Below are positions 1 to 11,268 of a stretch of DNA of 64,000 nt, one piece after another. This DNA comes from Chrysochromulina tobinii (Eukaryota). The notes under the pieces were generated by a model. That model searched no databases. It was given only the letters and a program-made list of their open reading frames with translations, and had not been told where the DNA came from. A program made the position numbers and the translations under genes. Within the stretch, counting starts at the first letter, position 1, and each line of letters starts with the position of its first letter. The DNA is taken from NCBI GenBank assembly GCA_001275005.1, contig JWZX01003385.1:1-64000 (forward strand), in the 5' to 3' direction.

Positions 1-297
1 GGCGGGGGCGGCGGCTTCGGCGGCTTGGGCGGCGGCTTCGGCGGCGGCGTGGGCGGCATGGGCGGCTTGGGCATGCGCCCGGCGATGTTGGCACAGGCGC
101 GGCAGATGCTGAACAATCCAGCGATGGCCAATGGGCGGCAGATGATGAACAATCCGCAGATGATGGCGCAGGCGCAGCAGATGATGAATGACCCGCAGGC
201 GATGCAGCAGATCATGCAGATGATGAATCGGGGTGGCACTGACATGGGCGGCGGCTTTCGGGGTGGCTTTGGCGGCGGTGGGTTTGGCGGCTTTTGA
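1..297 (+). CDS. 3' end of a Gly/Met/Gln-rich protein with STI1/DP-like repeats (partial at the window edge)
   Basis: Repeats QMLNNPAM, QMMNNPQMMAQ, QMMNDPQAMQQIMQMM resemble STI1 motifs; GGF-rich tail; TGA at 295-297. Confidence 0.55.
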   Translation, partial: GGGGGFGGLGGGFGGGVGGMGGLGMRPAMLAQARQMLNNPAMANGRQMMNNPQMMAQAQQMMNDPQAMQQIMQMMNRGGTDMGGGFRGGFGGGGFGGF

Positions 298-742
298 GAG
301 TTTCTGGTGAGAAGAGCTACACACGCACTCGTCTCTTGAACTGAGTGGAGGAGCTGCCGCACGTACAAGTCGTCACAAAACGAGTCTGAACAGTATTTGT
401 TCTCAACAAACATTATATTGGCGCCATGGCGCGCGTTTCCGTGCAAGCCTCCTTGCGCGCGCGTCGGTGGACGCCGGAGCCACACAGTGAAAGCTAGCGC
501 CGGAATATGCAACCCGCGCACCCGATCCAGTCCACTCATCCGGCCACACTCGTTCCGTCAACCTCGGCTCCGGTCTCCGCTCTTTCTACATCGGCGGTGC
601 ACGTTGCGCGATTGATGCGGGTCGGGGCTTCCCGCCGTCCTCTCCTCCCTCGGTGGACTAACACACCGGCGGCGGCATGGGGGGCGGCATGATGGGTGGC
701 GGCTGGGGTGGCAACATGGGTGGCATGGGGGGGCGGTGCTGT

Positions 743-926
743 GCGAAAAGCCACCTCCACGAGGAGTTCCGTCGGAAAACACAAATGCATGCTACTAATG
801 TGCGGTGGAGTTACTGTACATGTAGTACACTCGGACTAATTGACTTCAGACTTGGACTCGGGCCGACGTGCACGTGGGTGGTAGTAGCGAAAAGCCACCT
901 ACGAGTTCCGTCGGAAAACACAAATG
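743..926. repeat. Two dispersed ~40-45 bp direct repeats
   Basis: gcgaaaagccacct(cc)acgag(gag)ttccgtcggaaaacacaaatg at 743-787 and 887-926. Confidence 0.85.
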
Positions 927-1192
927 GAGACTTTCCCTAGAATCGAATGTGGATGCTTCGCGATTGATTCATGACGACATGTTGATGAGTTTACCCGGCC
1001 CAGATCCTACCGCGACTTCGCGCCATTGTCCGCGGGCGGGCAATCACCGGCGGCACGCTCGCGTCACACGAACTGACGGCTGGAGCGCCCGAGGGGCGGC
1101 TCCACAGCACTTCTCACCTCTCAGGGTGTTCGTCAATAGGTCGCCGTGAGGAACACGGCTCTAGAGGAACGAAGCCGTGTCACCTGAAGAAT

Positions 1193-1319
1193 CTTCACAG
1201 CGACTCTTCACAGCGACCCTTCACTCGAGGGGCGGGGGCTCGTCGTCGGAGATGACTCTTCACAGCGACTCTTCACAGCGACCCTTCACTCGAGGGGCGG
1301 GGGCTCGTCGTCGGAGATG
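1193..1319. repeat. ~64 bp tandem duplication covering the stop codon of the minus-strand EF-hand gene
   Basis: tcttcacagcgactcttcacagcgacccttcactcgaggggcgggggctcgtcgtcggagatg occurs twice in tandem. Confidence 0.9.
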
Positions 1320-2386
1320 GCCCCGCCTTCTTGAGGTGGCAGCTGAGCCACCCCCTTAGCCTTCTGCACGAGGGGCTCCGACTTGGGAGAAGAATCCAAA
1401 TGAACGGGCTCCAACGGGAACGGTCCATACAACACGTCACTCTTATGATCAGCGTCCCCATTGAAGCGAAGGCAGGTGCCCACAGCCTTGGCGCCCTTCC
1501 CCACAGCCTTGGCGCCGTCCACCGTTGCCGCTCCGATGGCCTTGATGCCCTCGACAGACTGCGTGCCGATGAAGACGGCGCCATCTCCGATCGCCTTGAC
1601 GCCGCCCACGGTGGCCGCCACGCCCGCATCGACGTGTTTGCCGATGGCCCCATCCGACTTTTTATGCGGCCCGGCGCGCATGATGAGTTTGAACTCCGAA
1701 ACGCCGATCTCTCCTTCCTTATTACGAAGCCAGATCATGGCGTCCGCGGCCATCATCATGTCATCGACGGTCTTGTCGTCGAGGCCCTTGTCGTACACGC
1801 CCCGGATGTACGCCCTCATCTCGGCGGCATCGATGCTGCCGCTCTGGTTTGTGTCCACCGTGGCAAACGCCGCCTCTAGCCCCGCATCCGACTTGTCGAC
1901 GCCCTCGCCAAAGACGGCTTGGAAGCCCGCAGTCACGCCCGTCTTCTCGAGCCCTGTGGCCACGAGGGCGCCGGTGGCCTTGGCACCGTGGACCGTGGCC
2001 GAACCGACGACCTTGGCACCCTCAAGGCTCTTCTGGCCCACAAAGGTGGCGCCATCCACCGTCGCCGTGCCGACAGCCTTGGCGCCGTCCACCGTGGCCG
2101 CGCCGGCCTCGGCTATGTAAGGGCGACGGCTCAAGGGCGACGTGAGCTTGGCGCCAATCTTGCCGCCGCTCAGGGTCCCAGCGCCGATGGCCTTGACGCC
2201 GATTCCAACTGCCTTGACGCCGTCGAACGTGGCGGTTCCGACGGCCTTGATGCTCTCAACGGACTGCTCGACGACCTTTTGACGCCGGAAGATCTTTGAC
2301 GCCGGCTTGGGTTCCAGGAGAACCGGCGCAGGTTCTGGCTCCGGCCCTGGCTCGGCGAAGACAGCTGCTGAAAACTGGGCGTGCAT
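1286..2386 (-). CDS. EF-hand protein flanked by 11-residue amphipathic repeats
   Basis: EF loop DTNQSGSIDAAE; repeats GAKAVGTATVD, GATFVGQKSLE, GAKVVGSATVH on both sides; true start may differ. Confidence 0.75.
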   Translation of the reverse strand: MHAQFSAAVFAEPGPEPEPAPVLLEPKPASKIFRRQKVVEQSVESIKAVGTATFDGVKAVGIGVKAIGAGTLSGGKIGAKLTSPLSRRPYIAEAGAATVDGAKAVGTATVDGATFVGQKSLEGAKVVGSATVHGAKATGALVATGLEKTGVTAGFQAVFGEGVDKSDAGLEAAFATVDTNQSGSIDAAEMRAYIRGVYDKGLDDKTVDDMMMAADAMIWLRNKEGEIGVSEFKLIMRAGPHKKSDGAIGKHVDAGVAATVGGVKAIGDGAVFIGTQSVEGIKAIGAATVDGAKAVGKGAKAVGTCLRFNGDADHKSDVLYGPFPLEPVHLDSSPKSEPLVQKAKGVAQLPPQEGGAISDDEPPPLE

Positions 2387-2738
2387 GTGAAGGATGATTT
2401 TAAAGAACCATTTCGGGATTTTGCGAATGCATGTAAGTCAGTTTTGTCGCGTTCCCCACGCGCGCGCTCACCCCGGTCAATTCGCATCATGCGTTCATGC
2501 CCCGAGACACACACGATCACGAATACAGGTACAATATCCCTGATTAATCCCTGATCCAAGTTCACACAGCACCATCAAGGGAGCACCATCGCACGAGGTA
2601 CCGCCAACCGCTACACACCAAGTAGGTCACTTTTGACCCACATTTCACAGCCAATGGTTAACGAACCCCACAATTCTCACGCCACCGCGATCGCCACCAA
2701 ACCCACGTCGAACTTCGCAAGCGCGCGGCTTCTTCATC

Positions 2739-4054
2739 ATGGCGAAGGTGGCAGTAGTGCTCGTGATGAGCGCGCTCGTCTCGTCGGCGCACACGTTCCC
2801 CATCGCTTCGGCAGCAGCCAGCAAGCTGCGACAATCACTCACGCGCGGTCGGGCACTCGTCGTGGAAGTGACACAGCAGAGGGATTCCGAGGCCTGGAAA
2901 CTCGACGTGACCGAGCTGTCGGCGCGGCTGCGGGACGCAGGTGCGACGGCGCTCCTGGTCCCACCGCATTTGCTCGAGGCGGTACTGGAAGAGCAGGCCA
3001 CCGCCAAGGGCAATTTCCCTGAGCCGCTCCCAGTGCTCTGCACCATCGATGCGTCCGACGCGACGACGACGAGCGGCTCCACGGACGCACTCGGCGCGAT
3101 GAGCAGCGGCCGAGCTGCTGGCGTGGCCGTGCGCCATGCTGGCGAGCCCACCGTGGGACTCGCGTACGTGGCACGCATGACGGAGGACGCTGGGCTACCC
3201 CTCGTCGTCATCGCCTTGGATGAGTTCGCGCACGCGGCTGCGGTGGCGGCGGGCGCCGCCGCGGTCGTCTGCGACTACCAAATCGAGTCGTGTGCGAGCG
3301 CCTCGGCGGTTGGCGCCTCGGCGGTTGGGACGGCCGACGGGTCGACGGCGGTGAGTGCCTCCACGGAGGGATCGGCGGCGGCGGCGGGCGCAGCTCCAGT
3401 GCTCTTGGGCGCGTGGGGAGGGGACGAGGAGGAGATGTACGTGCTGCTCCTAATTGCGACGGATGGCCTCTGATCGGATCGGATGACCTCTGATTGCCTC
3501 TGAGGACCTCCGAGGACCTCTGAGGACCTCTGATTGCCTCTGAGGACCTCTGATTGCCTCTGAGGACCTCTGATGACCTCTGATTGCCTCCCTCATCAGG
3601 TACGATCTGCGCGACGCTGGGTTTGAGCCGATGCTGTTGATCGATGGGTGCCTGGGCGAGATCGGTGCGAGCTGATTACCTCTGATTACCTCTGATGGCC
3701 TCTGATCGGGCAAGAGGTGCTTGGCTGCGTGCGTGAGAGTGTTGTTACCACTGGAGAGTATTGGCACCACTGAGTCTTTCCGCGTGCTTCTGATGGCCTC
3801 TGCTTTGCTGCCCGGCAGGTGTGAACATGGGCTGGTGTGAATCGCGAGTGAAGCTGTTCCGTAGCAAGGCGTCTCGGCAGTGGGGTGGCTCGATGTTCGG
3901 TGCCACCTCTCAGGACTCGACCCCGGCCCAGCGCAACCCACGCCTGTGGGCACAGTCGCAGCGCCAGGCACGCGAGATGATGGATCACAGCGCGAGGTCG
4001 CGGGAGCTGCCACCTCCGAAGCTCAAGAGGAACACGGTGCTGGGAGGCCGCTAG
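2739..4054 (+). CDS. Signal-peptide-bearing, divergent IGPS (TrpC-fold)-like protein; 3 exons (2739-3436, 3600-3664, 3819-4054)
   Basis: Hydrophobic N-terminus; segment LRDAGATAL...EQATAKGNFPEPLPVLC; GT-AG introns 3437-3599 and 3665-3818 give a continuous frame to TAG 4052-4054; function tentative. Confidence 0.5.
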
Positions 4055-4183
4055 GACGTCTCCGCTCGGTTGCGTACAATGTAGACCTCAAACTTACTTA
4101 CTTTGGAAATTCCGCGTCGCGACGTTTTCCCCAACCCCGCGCGCCTTTTCCGAAGGCACGCGCGCGGCGCGCGTGCTTTTGGA

Positions 4184-7100
4184 ATGGGCGTGCCTGCCTT
4201 CTACCGCTGGCTGGCCGACAAGTACCCGAAGATCGTCGTCGATTGCATCGAGGACGACCCGGCCCACGGGCCGGTCGACGCGAGCCAGCCGAATCCGAAC
4301 GGCCACGAGTTCGACTGCCTCTACCTCGACATGAACGGCATCATCCACCCGTGCGCGCGCCCCGAGGGCCGGCCGCCGCCCGCGACGCACGAGGAGATGT
4401 ACGCGGCGATCTTCAAGTACATTGATCGCATCTTCTCGGTCGTGCGGCCGCGCAAGCTCCTCTTCATGGCCATCGACGGGCCAGCGCCACGCGCCAAGAT
4501 GAACCAGCAGCGCACGCGGCGGTTCAAAGCGGCCAAGGAGCGCGCCGACAAGGCGGCCGAGACGCTTGCGCTGCGTGCGGAGCTTACGGCGCAGGGGCGC
4601 GTGCCGCCGCCGCCTTCGGACAAGACTCCCTTTGATTCGAACGTCATCACGCCCGGGACTCGGTTCATGGCCGACCTCGCCCACTGGCTCCGGTTCTACA
4701 TCCAGCAACGACTGCACTCCGATCCGGGCTTCGAGGGCATTCGGGTGATCCTGTCGGACGCGTCGGTGCCAGGCGAGGGCGAGCACAAGATCATGGAGCA
4801 CATCCGTCGGCAGCGGGCCCTTCCGGGGTACGAGGCCGCCACGCGCCACGCGTGCCCGGCTGCGGCTCGCATGCAAGTGCTCACCACGGCGCCGTCTCTC
4901 CCTGATTAGGTACGAGGCCGACACGCGCCACGTCATCCATGGGCTCGATGCCGATCTGATCATGCTCGCACTCGCGACTCATGAGCCGGTACGCCGAGTG
5001 CATGCTGAGGACCTGCCTTGCATGCAACTGCTCACCACAGCGCTGAGGACCTGCCTCGCATGCAACTGCTCACCACAGCGCGCGCTCTTCCCCACTCCCC
5101 ACTCCCCACAGCACTTTTCAATCCTGCGCGAGGTCGTGCTCGACCGGAAGGCGCAGGAGAAGCAGAAGGAGAAGATCGCCAACGGCCACGTGCCCGGCCC
5201 GACGCCCCTCCAATTCCTGCACGTGTGGACGCTGCGTGAGTACCTGCAGCGCGAGTACTTCGAGGGGGTCGACTGGAGCCTGGTGCCTGCTTGATGACCT
5301 CCTTGATGACCTCCTCGATGACCTCCTGATGACCTCCTGATGACCTCCTTGATGACCTCGTGATGACCTCGTGATGACCTCCTGATGACCTCCTGATGAC
5401 CTCCCTGGGGTGGACTGGAGCCTGGTGCCTGGGGGGCTTCGACCTCGAGCCCAAGCCCTTGCATGCATGCGCTCACCACGGCGCCTCCCTCTTCCCCACA
5501 GGTGCCCGGGGGCTTCGACCTCGAGCGCGTCATCGACGATTTCGTCTTCCTCTGCTTCTTTGTGGGGAACGACTTCCTTCCACATATCCCGGCGCTCGAA
5601 ATCCGCGACGGCGCGATCGATATGCTCATCTACTCTTACAAGGCGTTGCTGCCCTCCCTCGGCGGCTACATCTCGGACGCGGGCCGCGTCCACCTGCCGC
5701 GGGCGGAGGCCGTGCTGCGCGAGGTGGCGCAGTTCGAGGAGGAGGTCTTCGAGCGCTCACGACGGCGCGAGGAGGGGCGAGCTCGCGCGCAGGCGGCACG
5801 CACGATGCAGGAGGGCGGGCAGGTGGCCCCGGGTGCCTTCGGGTCGCTCTACCCGCCGCGTGATAACGGCCAGAAGCTCCTGTGGAATGCGATGAAGGCC
5901 TTCGCCGATGCGGCCGTGATGGACGCCGTACTGCCCATCCCGGCTTCGTCCATTTCGTCCGGCTTCCACAAGGCGTCCTTCCACTTATACCTGACGCTGC
6001 TCAACCTGCACGACGCCTCGCAGCCCGACGGCTCCTTTTTGGTCAAATGCAAGCGCGCGCCGCGCAAAAAGGGCGCTGACGAAGCCGGCTTCGTCGAGCA
6101 TGCGAACGGTCTGCTAGGCGCCGAAGGGGTCGGTGCGGAGGGGGGGGAGGCGTCGGTAGAGTGCACTGTGGACGACTTCAACATGAGGCTCGCGCTGCGC
6201 CTGGAGAAGCTTGAGGAGGCGGCAGCGTCGCAGCCCGATGTGGTGCGTCACGCTGATGAGCACTCATGAGCGCTGATGAGCACTGATGAGCACTGATGAG
6301 CACTGATGAGCACTGATGAGCACTGTCCATCAGGTGCGGTACGGCGAGAGCGGCTGGAAGGAACGTTACTATGCGCACAAGCTGCAGGTGCACAAGGGGG
6401 ATGAGGCGATGAAGCGCTATGTCGTCGGGTGCTATGTGCAAGGCCTCTGCTGGACCCTAATGTACTATTACCAAGGGGTGCAGGACTGGGGCTGGTTCTA
6501 TCCCTTCCACTACGCGCCGTGTGCCTCTGATATCATCGGGTATGCGCCCTCACTGCCTATGCCCTCGCTGCCCTGTGCCCTATGCCTTGTGCCCTAGGCC
6601 CTCGCTGCCCTGTGCCCTATGCCTTGTGCCCTAGGCCCTCGCTGCCCTAGGCCCTCGCCATGCCCTCGCTGCCCTATGCCCTATGCCCTCGCCATGCCCT
6701 CGCCAGTGAGAACACCAGCTGCCCTCCTGAGCATGCCAGTGCTCACCACGGCGCCCTCGCTTCCCCACAGGCTCCACGAGTTTGCCGGCGGCCAGTTCAC
6801 ACTCGGAGCGCCGTTCACACCCTTCCAGCAGCTCATGGCGGTCTTCCCACCGTCCTCCGGCCATGCACTGCCGGAGAGCTACCGCACCCTCATGGTGATT
6901 GCGCCTGATTGCGCCCCTCATCCTGCGCCCCTGATTGCGCCTGATTGCGTCTGATTGCGTCTGATTGCGCCGCATCCTGATTGCGCCCCTCATCCTGCAG
7001 GTGCACCCCGCCTCGCCCATCATCGACTTCTACCCCATCGACTTCCGGATGGACCTCAACGGCAAAAAGTTCTTCTGGCAGGCGATCGCGCTCCTCCCCT

Positions 7101-8027
7101 TCATCGACGCCGCACGGCTGCGCGCCTCGCTCGCGCCGCTCGACACGACGCTCGAGGCCGAGGAGGCGCGACGAAACTCATTCGGGGCCGAGCTCCTCTT
7201 TGCGAGGGCTTCGTCACCGCTGGGCGCGCTCATCGTCGCTGCGACCGCTCACCACGGCGCTGCGAGCGCGGGAGCGCCGTGTCGAGCGCCACTCGACATC
7301 AGCCCGTACGTGCCGGGCTTTGGTGGCGCGCTGTCGTGGGCCGGTACGGTCGCCGATGGACCAATGATGACCGCTGATGACCGCTGATGACCGCTGATGA
7401 CCGCTGATGACCGCTGATGACCGCGTGGGGTGGGCCGGGCTCCCCACTCCCCGCGCATGCAAGTGCTCACCACGGCGCCATCGCCCCCCTCCCCCCACAG
7501 GTGACCGCGTGGGGTCGGCGGGCTCCCCGCTCCCCGCGCCGATCGGCGGCGACGCGTACGGGCTAGCGCCCTTGAAGGAATCCACGGTCGCTGGTGCGGA
7601 GTACACGCCTCCGGCCTACGTGACGCACGTGCCTCGACTGCTGCCGACGATCCACCTGCCGCCGATCGTGCTGCAGCCGCATGATCGCTGCCAGCTCTCG
7701 CGTGACTCCGAGGCGGCGTGCCGCTCCCTCGCCGCCCGCCTCGCGACCTATGGTCCGGGCAGCGCGGTACCCGTCGCGGTGGGCGGGCGTGGCGGCGGAC
7801 CGCGCTACGGCGGAGGCGGCGGAGGCGGCGGCGGCGGAGGCGGCGGCGGCGGCGGCGGCGGAGGCGGCGGAGGCGGCGGAGGCGGAGGCAGAGGCGGACG
7901 TGGAGGCGGCGCTCACGCCGTTGGCCACGCGGTGGCTCTGCAGGGCGGCTATTCACAGCAGGGCCACGCGGGGCTGCCGCCGCAACGGCACCGCTCGGCG
8001 CCGATGCCGCTCGGTGCACGACGATAG
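4184..8027 (+). CDS. XRN2: 5'-3' exoribonuclease 2 (XRN2/Rat1), 8 exons
   Basis: Motifs [81 protein letters not shown] introns 4828-4909, 4989-5111, 5283-5501, 6243-6333, 6540-6770, 6895-7000, 7344-7500 restore the frame; Gly-rich tail. Confidence 0.93.
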
Positions 8028-8226
8028 GGATGCTTACATGCATCCCCATTGGAGGTGAGTGGAGGCGAGGTGTCGGGTGGAGCGAGGGTGGGCAGAAAGT
8101 GGCCAATGCGGTGAGCAGAAACAGGCAAACGAAAGAGGGAGTTGCGGCTCTGCACTGTGCCGCTTCTGCCTCATATGATGTAATACTCGGTCGCGTCGGT
8201 TTCGCGTATCCACCGTTTGCGCGTTC

Positions 8227-10789
8227 ATGTGCGTTGGCTCCCGTTTTCCTTTCACAAGCGCCGTTTTTTCCTTTCACACCATCGTCCTGCTGCTCTTTAA
8301 GACGTGTTTCGCGATGCCGATTCAGCCGTGCCACTGCTTCTCCATGTGCACCGTAGATGAGGCACGCCAATTCCATCGCAACCTGCCCGGGCCCATAAAC
8401 CGCAGTAGCCCGTGGGCAGGCTACCTCAACGCCGTGTATGGCACCGAGGCTCGGCTGCCATGGCCATTCGATCTGCGTTCTCTCACCATGTTTTATCACA
8501 ACGACCGGCGCTGGAGTTCACGCCATCCAACGACAGAATGGCCGATGGCGACGTGCGCGCGGCGAGCACAGCCCGAGAGTAGGGGCCTGAGTTGGAATGG
8601 CCCGACGACGACAGTGTGTCCCTCCCACATATGCGCTCGCTGGACTGTGCCGCCGCCGCTGCCCGAGGCCGCTTACTCGGCGTCCGCTCTCCTCCCTCCG
8701 ATGATCCTACTGCCCGAAATCGGCAGGCAACCGCCAGACATCACCACGGCTGGCGCCTACTGGCCACTGCAGCCGGCGGCCCTTGGCGGGTACGCCGCCG
8801 CCGACGGGGCCGAGAGTAGCTCGCCGAACTCGTCCGTGCCGACGGCGAGCTTAACGCCCTCTCGAGTACAATGGGCCGCGACGCGATCTGGAGGCTGGGT
8901 CGAGGTGCTGCGGGAGCCCTCCGGCCTCGAAGGCCAGGCCGGGTACGGCTGCTGGTTCACGCCGGCGAGTGGCACAGGTGTGTGCTGGGTCCACGTGGAT
9001 TGATGGCTATTGATTGCTTTTGATTGGTTAACACCGGCGAGCGGCACCACAGGTGTGTGTGGGTCCAGATTGATTGCTACTTTTCGTTGATTGATGGCTA
9101 CTAATGGCTACTGATTACTCTCTCGGTTGCTTGTGATTGCTATCGACTGCTATTGATCGGTTCACCCCTGCGACCGGCGCAGGCATTTGGGTCAACGTGG
9201 GGCGCACCTGGGCAGTCGCGACCAAGCCGGAGCTATACCTGCCGTGGTCCGAGGGAGACCTCGTCGGCCGTTGGCTTTCCAAATTTGGGTTTCCACAGCG
9301 GCGTCTCGTCGAGGATCGAGATTTCGAGCTCAGCGTGAGCATCTGCCGCGCACACGCGGCCGCCGAGGCGCTCAAGACGGCGCGAGGCGGCGCGCTGAAG
9401 ACCGATCGATGCGAGGCGGAGTGGTTGTTGCGCCGCCGCCCTCCGAATGCGTCTGCGGCGGCGAGGAGGCCGACACCTTCCGTTTCGTCACCTTCCGTTT
9501 CGTCACCTTCCGTTTCGTCACCTTCCGTTTCGTCATCTTCTGTTTCGTCACCTTCTGTTTCGTCACCTTCCGTTTCGTCACCTTCCGTTTCGTCACCTTC
9601 TGTTTCTGCGCTGAGGCCGTTGCCTTCAGGGCCGCCGCTGGCCACGCTCCCTTCAGGCCCTTGTATGATGGCAGGTCATCAGTGGTCGTCAGTGGCAGGA
9701 CATCAGTGGTCATCAGTGCTCTCCTCGGGCCCTATGATAGGAGTGGTCGGCTCGTCGCAAAGCCCGCAGCATGCATGGAACCCGTTGCGCTACCGCCTCG
9801 TGCCGCATGCAATGTGCCGGCTGCACGATACGTGCCGCTGCACGCTCGCGGCTGCCGCGGCGGCATCGGACCCTAGTGCTCTTCCGCGACGCGCCCGGGA
9901 CGGCGCTCAGCACGACGCGGCGCCCGCCAGTCAGCCCACGGGGCATCCGCTCAACACGACGCGCTCGGAGGCTCTCTCGGGGGACGCTCATTGGCTCGGC
10001 TATCCCGAGATATTCCCATTTATGGCATACGAACTTGGCCTCGACAGCGTCCAGATTGGGCCGATCGCAGGCGGGGCGTACCGAGGCGACGCCTCTGTGA
10101 ACGGCCAAGGCGACGCCTCGGTGAGTGGCAGGGCTGCTAGTGCTAGTGCTGACAGTGCTGCTAGTGGCAGTGCTGCTAAAGCCGGTAGTGCTGGGAGTGC
10201 TGGTCCGGCTGCAGGAGCGGGCGGGCAATTAGGGCAATTAGAGCAATTAGGGCAGTTAGGTCAGTTAGGTCAGTTAGGTCCGGCTGCAGGAGCAGGCGGG
10301 CATGGCAGCCGCCGAGCTCGCCCTCTCTCGAGCGCAGCGCGTCCGCTCCCGCCCCCAGGCACCCCAGGCTGGCGGGCGGAGATTGTGATCACGACGGCTG
10401 CATGCATGGGGGCGCCCGTTAGGCGCATGCCCAAACTTGGCTGGCGGACTTGCTTGGATGGTTGGGTGGAGGTGCGAGCGGGCTACTTGGGCGACGATGC
10501 GAGCGGGTCCACGGTGGCTGGCCATCCCAACATGCATCACAATCGCGGGCGGCGAGAGAGCGGTGATGGCACGCGCCGTCAAGTGGGCGCCGTCGCGGGC
10601 GCTGGGCGTGCGTGTGACTGTGACCAAACCGCCCGCCTCCTCAACTGCGATGGCGCCCACTGGAGCTGCCGGCCCTATTGCAGGGCGCCACACCAGTCTG
10701 ACAGCGCTCGCCGCCAGATGCTGTGCTCCCGCGGGGATTGTGCCGGGTGCCAGTTCTGCGCGGCGCCTCGGGGCGTACTTCCGGTTTGA
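8227..10789 (+). CDS. Uncharacterised Cys/Trp-containing protein; intron 8978-9182
   Basis: ORFs 8227-9003 and 9137-10789 join via a GT-AG intron to give GYGCWFTPASGT-GIWVNVGRT; start uncertain; possible further in-frame intron 10203-10277. Confidence 0.55.
9474..9605 (+). repeat. 15-bp coding tandem repeat (SSPSV)n
   Basis: ccttccgtttcgtca repeated about 8 times. Confidence 0.9.
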
Positions 10790-11268
10790 TACCGACGGTC
10801 TGCGGACTGCGCAGTCGGCGCTCTGGATCGTTCTACGTTCACATCTGCAGCCGCTCACGGTTTGCGGAAACCGCAAGCTCACAGCCGTTTCACACAGGGC
10901 AGTAACCATGTGTTAGAAATCACACACATTCACATTCACACGTGTGTCGTGTTCTCTGTGGCCATCCGCTGGACATCTTCCTGTTTGTGCAGAAGCATCT
11001 TCTTGGGCGTTTCCAGCATGCTCCGATTACAATTGTGTCAGATAATTCACACCAATGGTTTAACCATTCACAATCAGAAAAATTTCTCGATGCGACGCCT
11101 GTGAAGTCCACCTCGTCGGGGACGATGAGCGATCTGCTGCGTCTCTCTGGCGACGGCTCCGGCACTCGTTGGGGCTTCAGGAGCGACGAAGAAGTGCGAG
11201 CCGGACCTGAAGATCATCGTGAGCCTGGGACTCCGAATCCCGTACCGGCGCGCTCACCTGAGAGGCCC

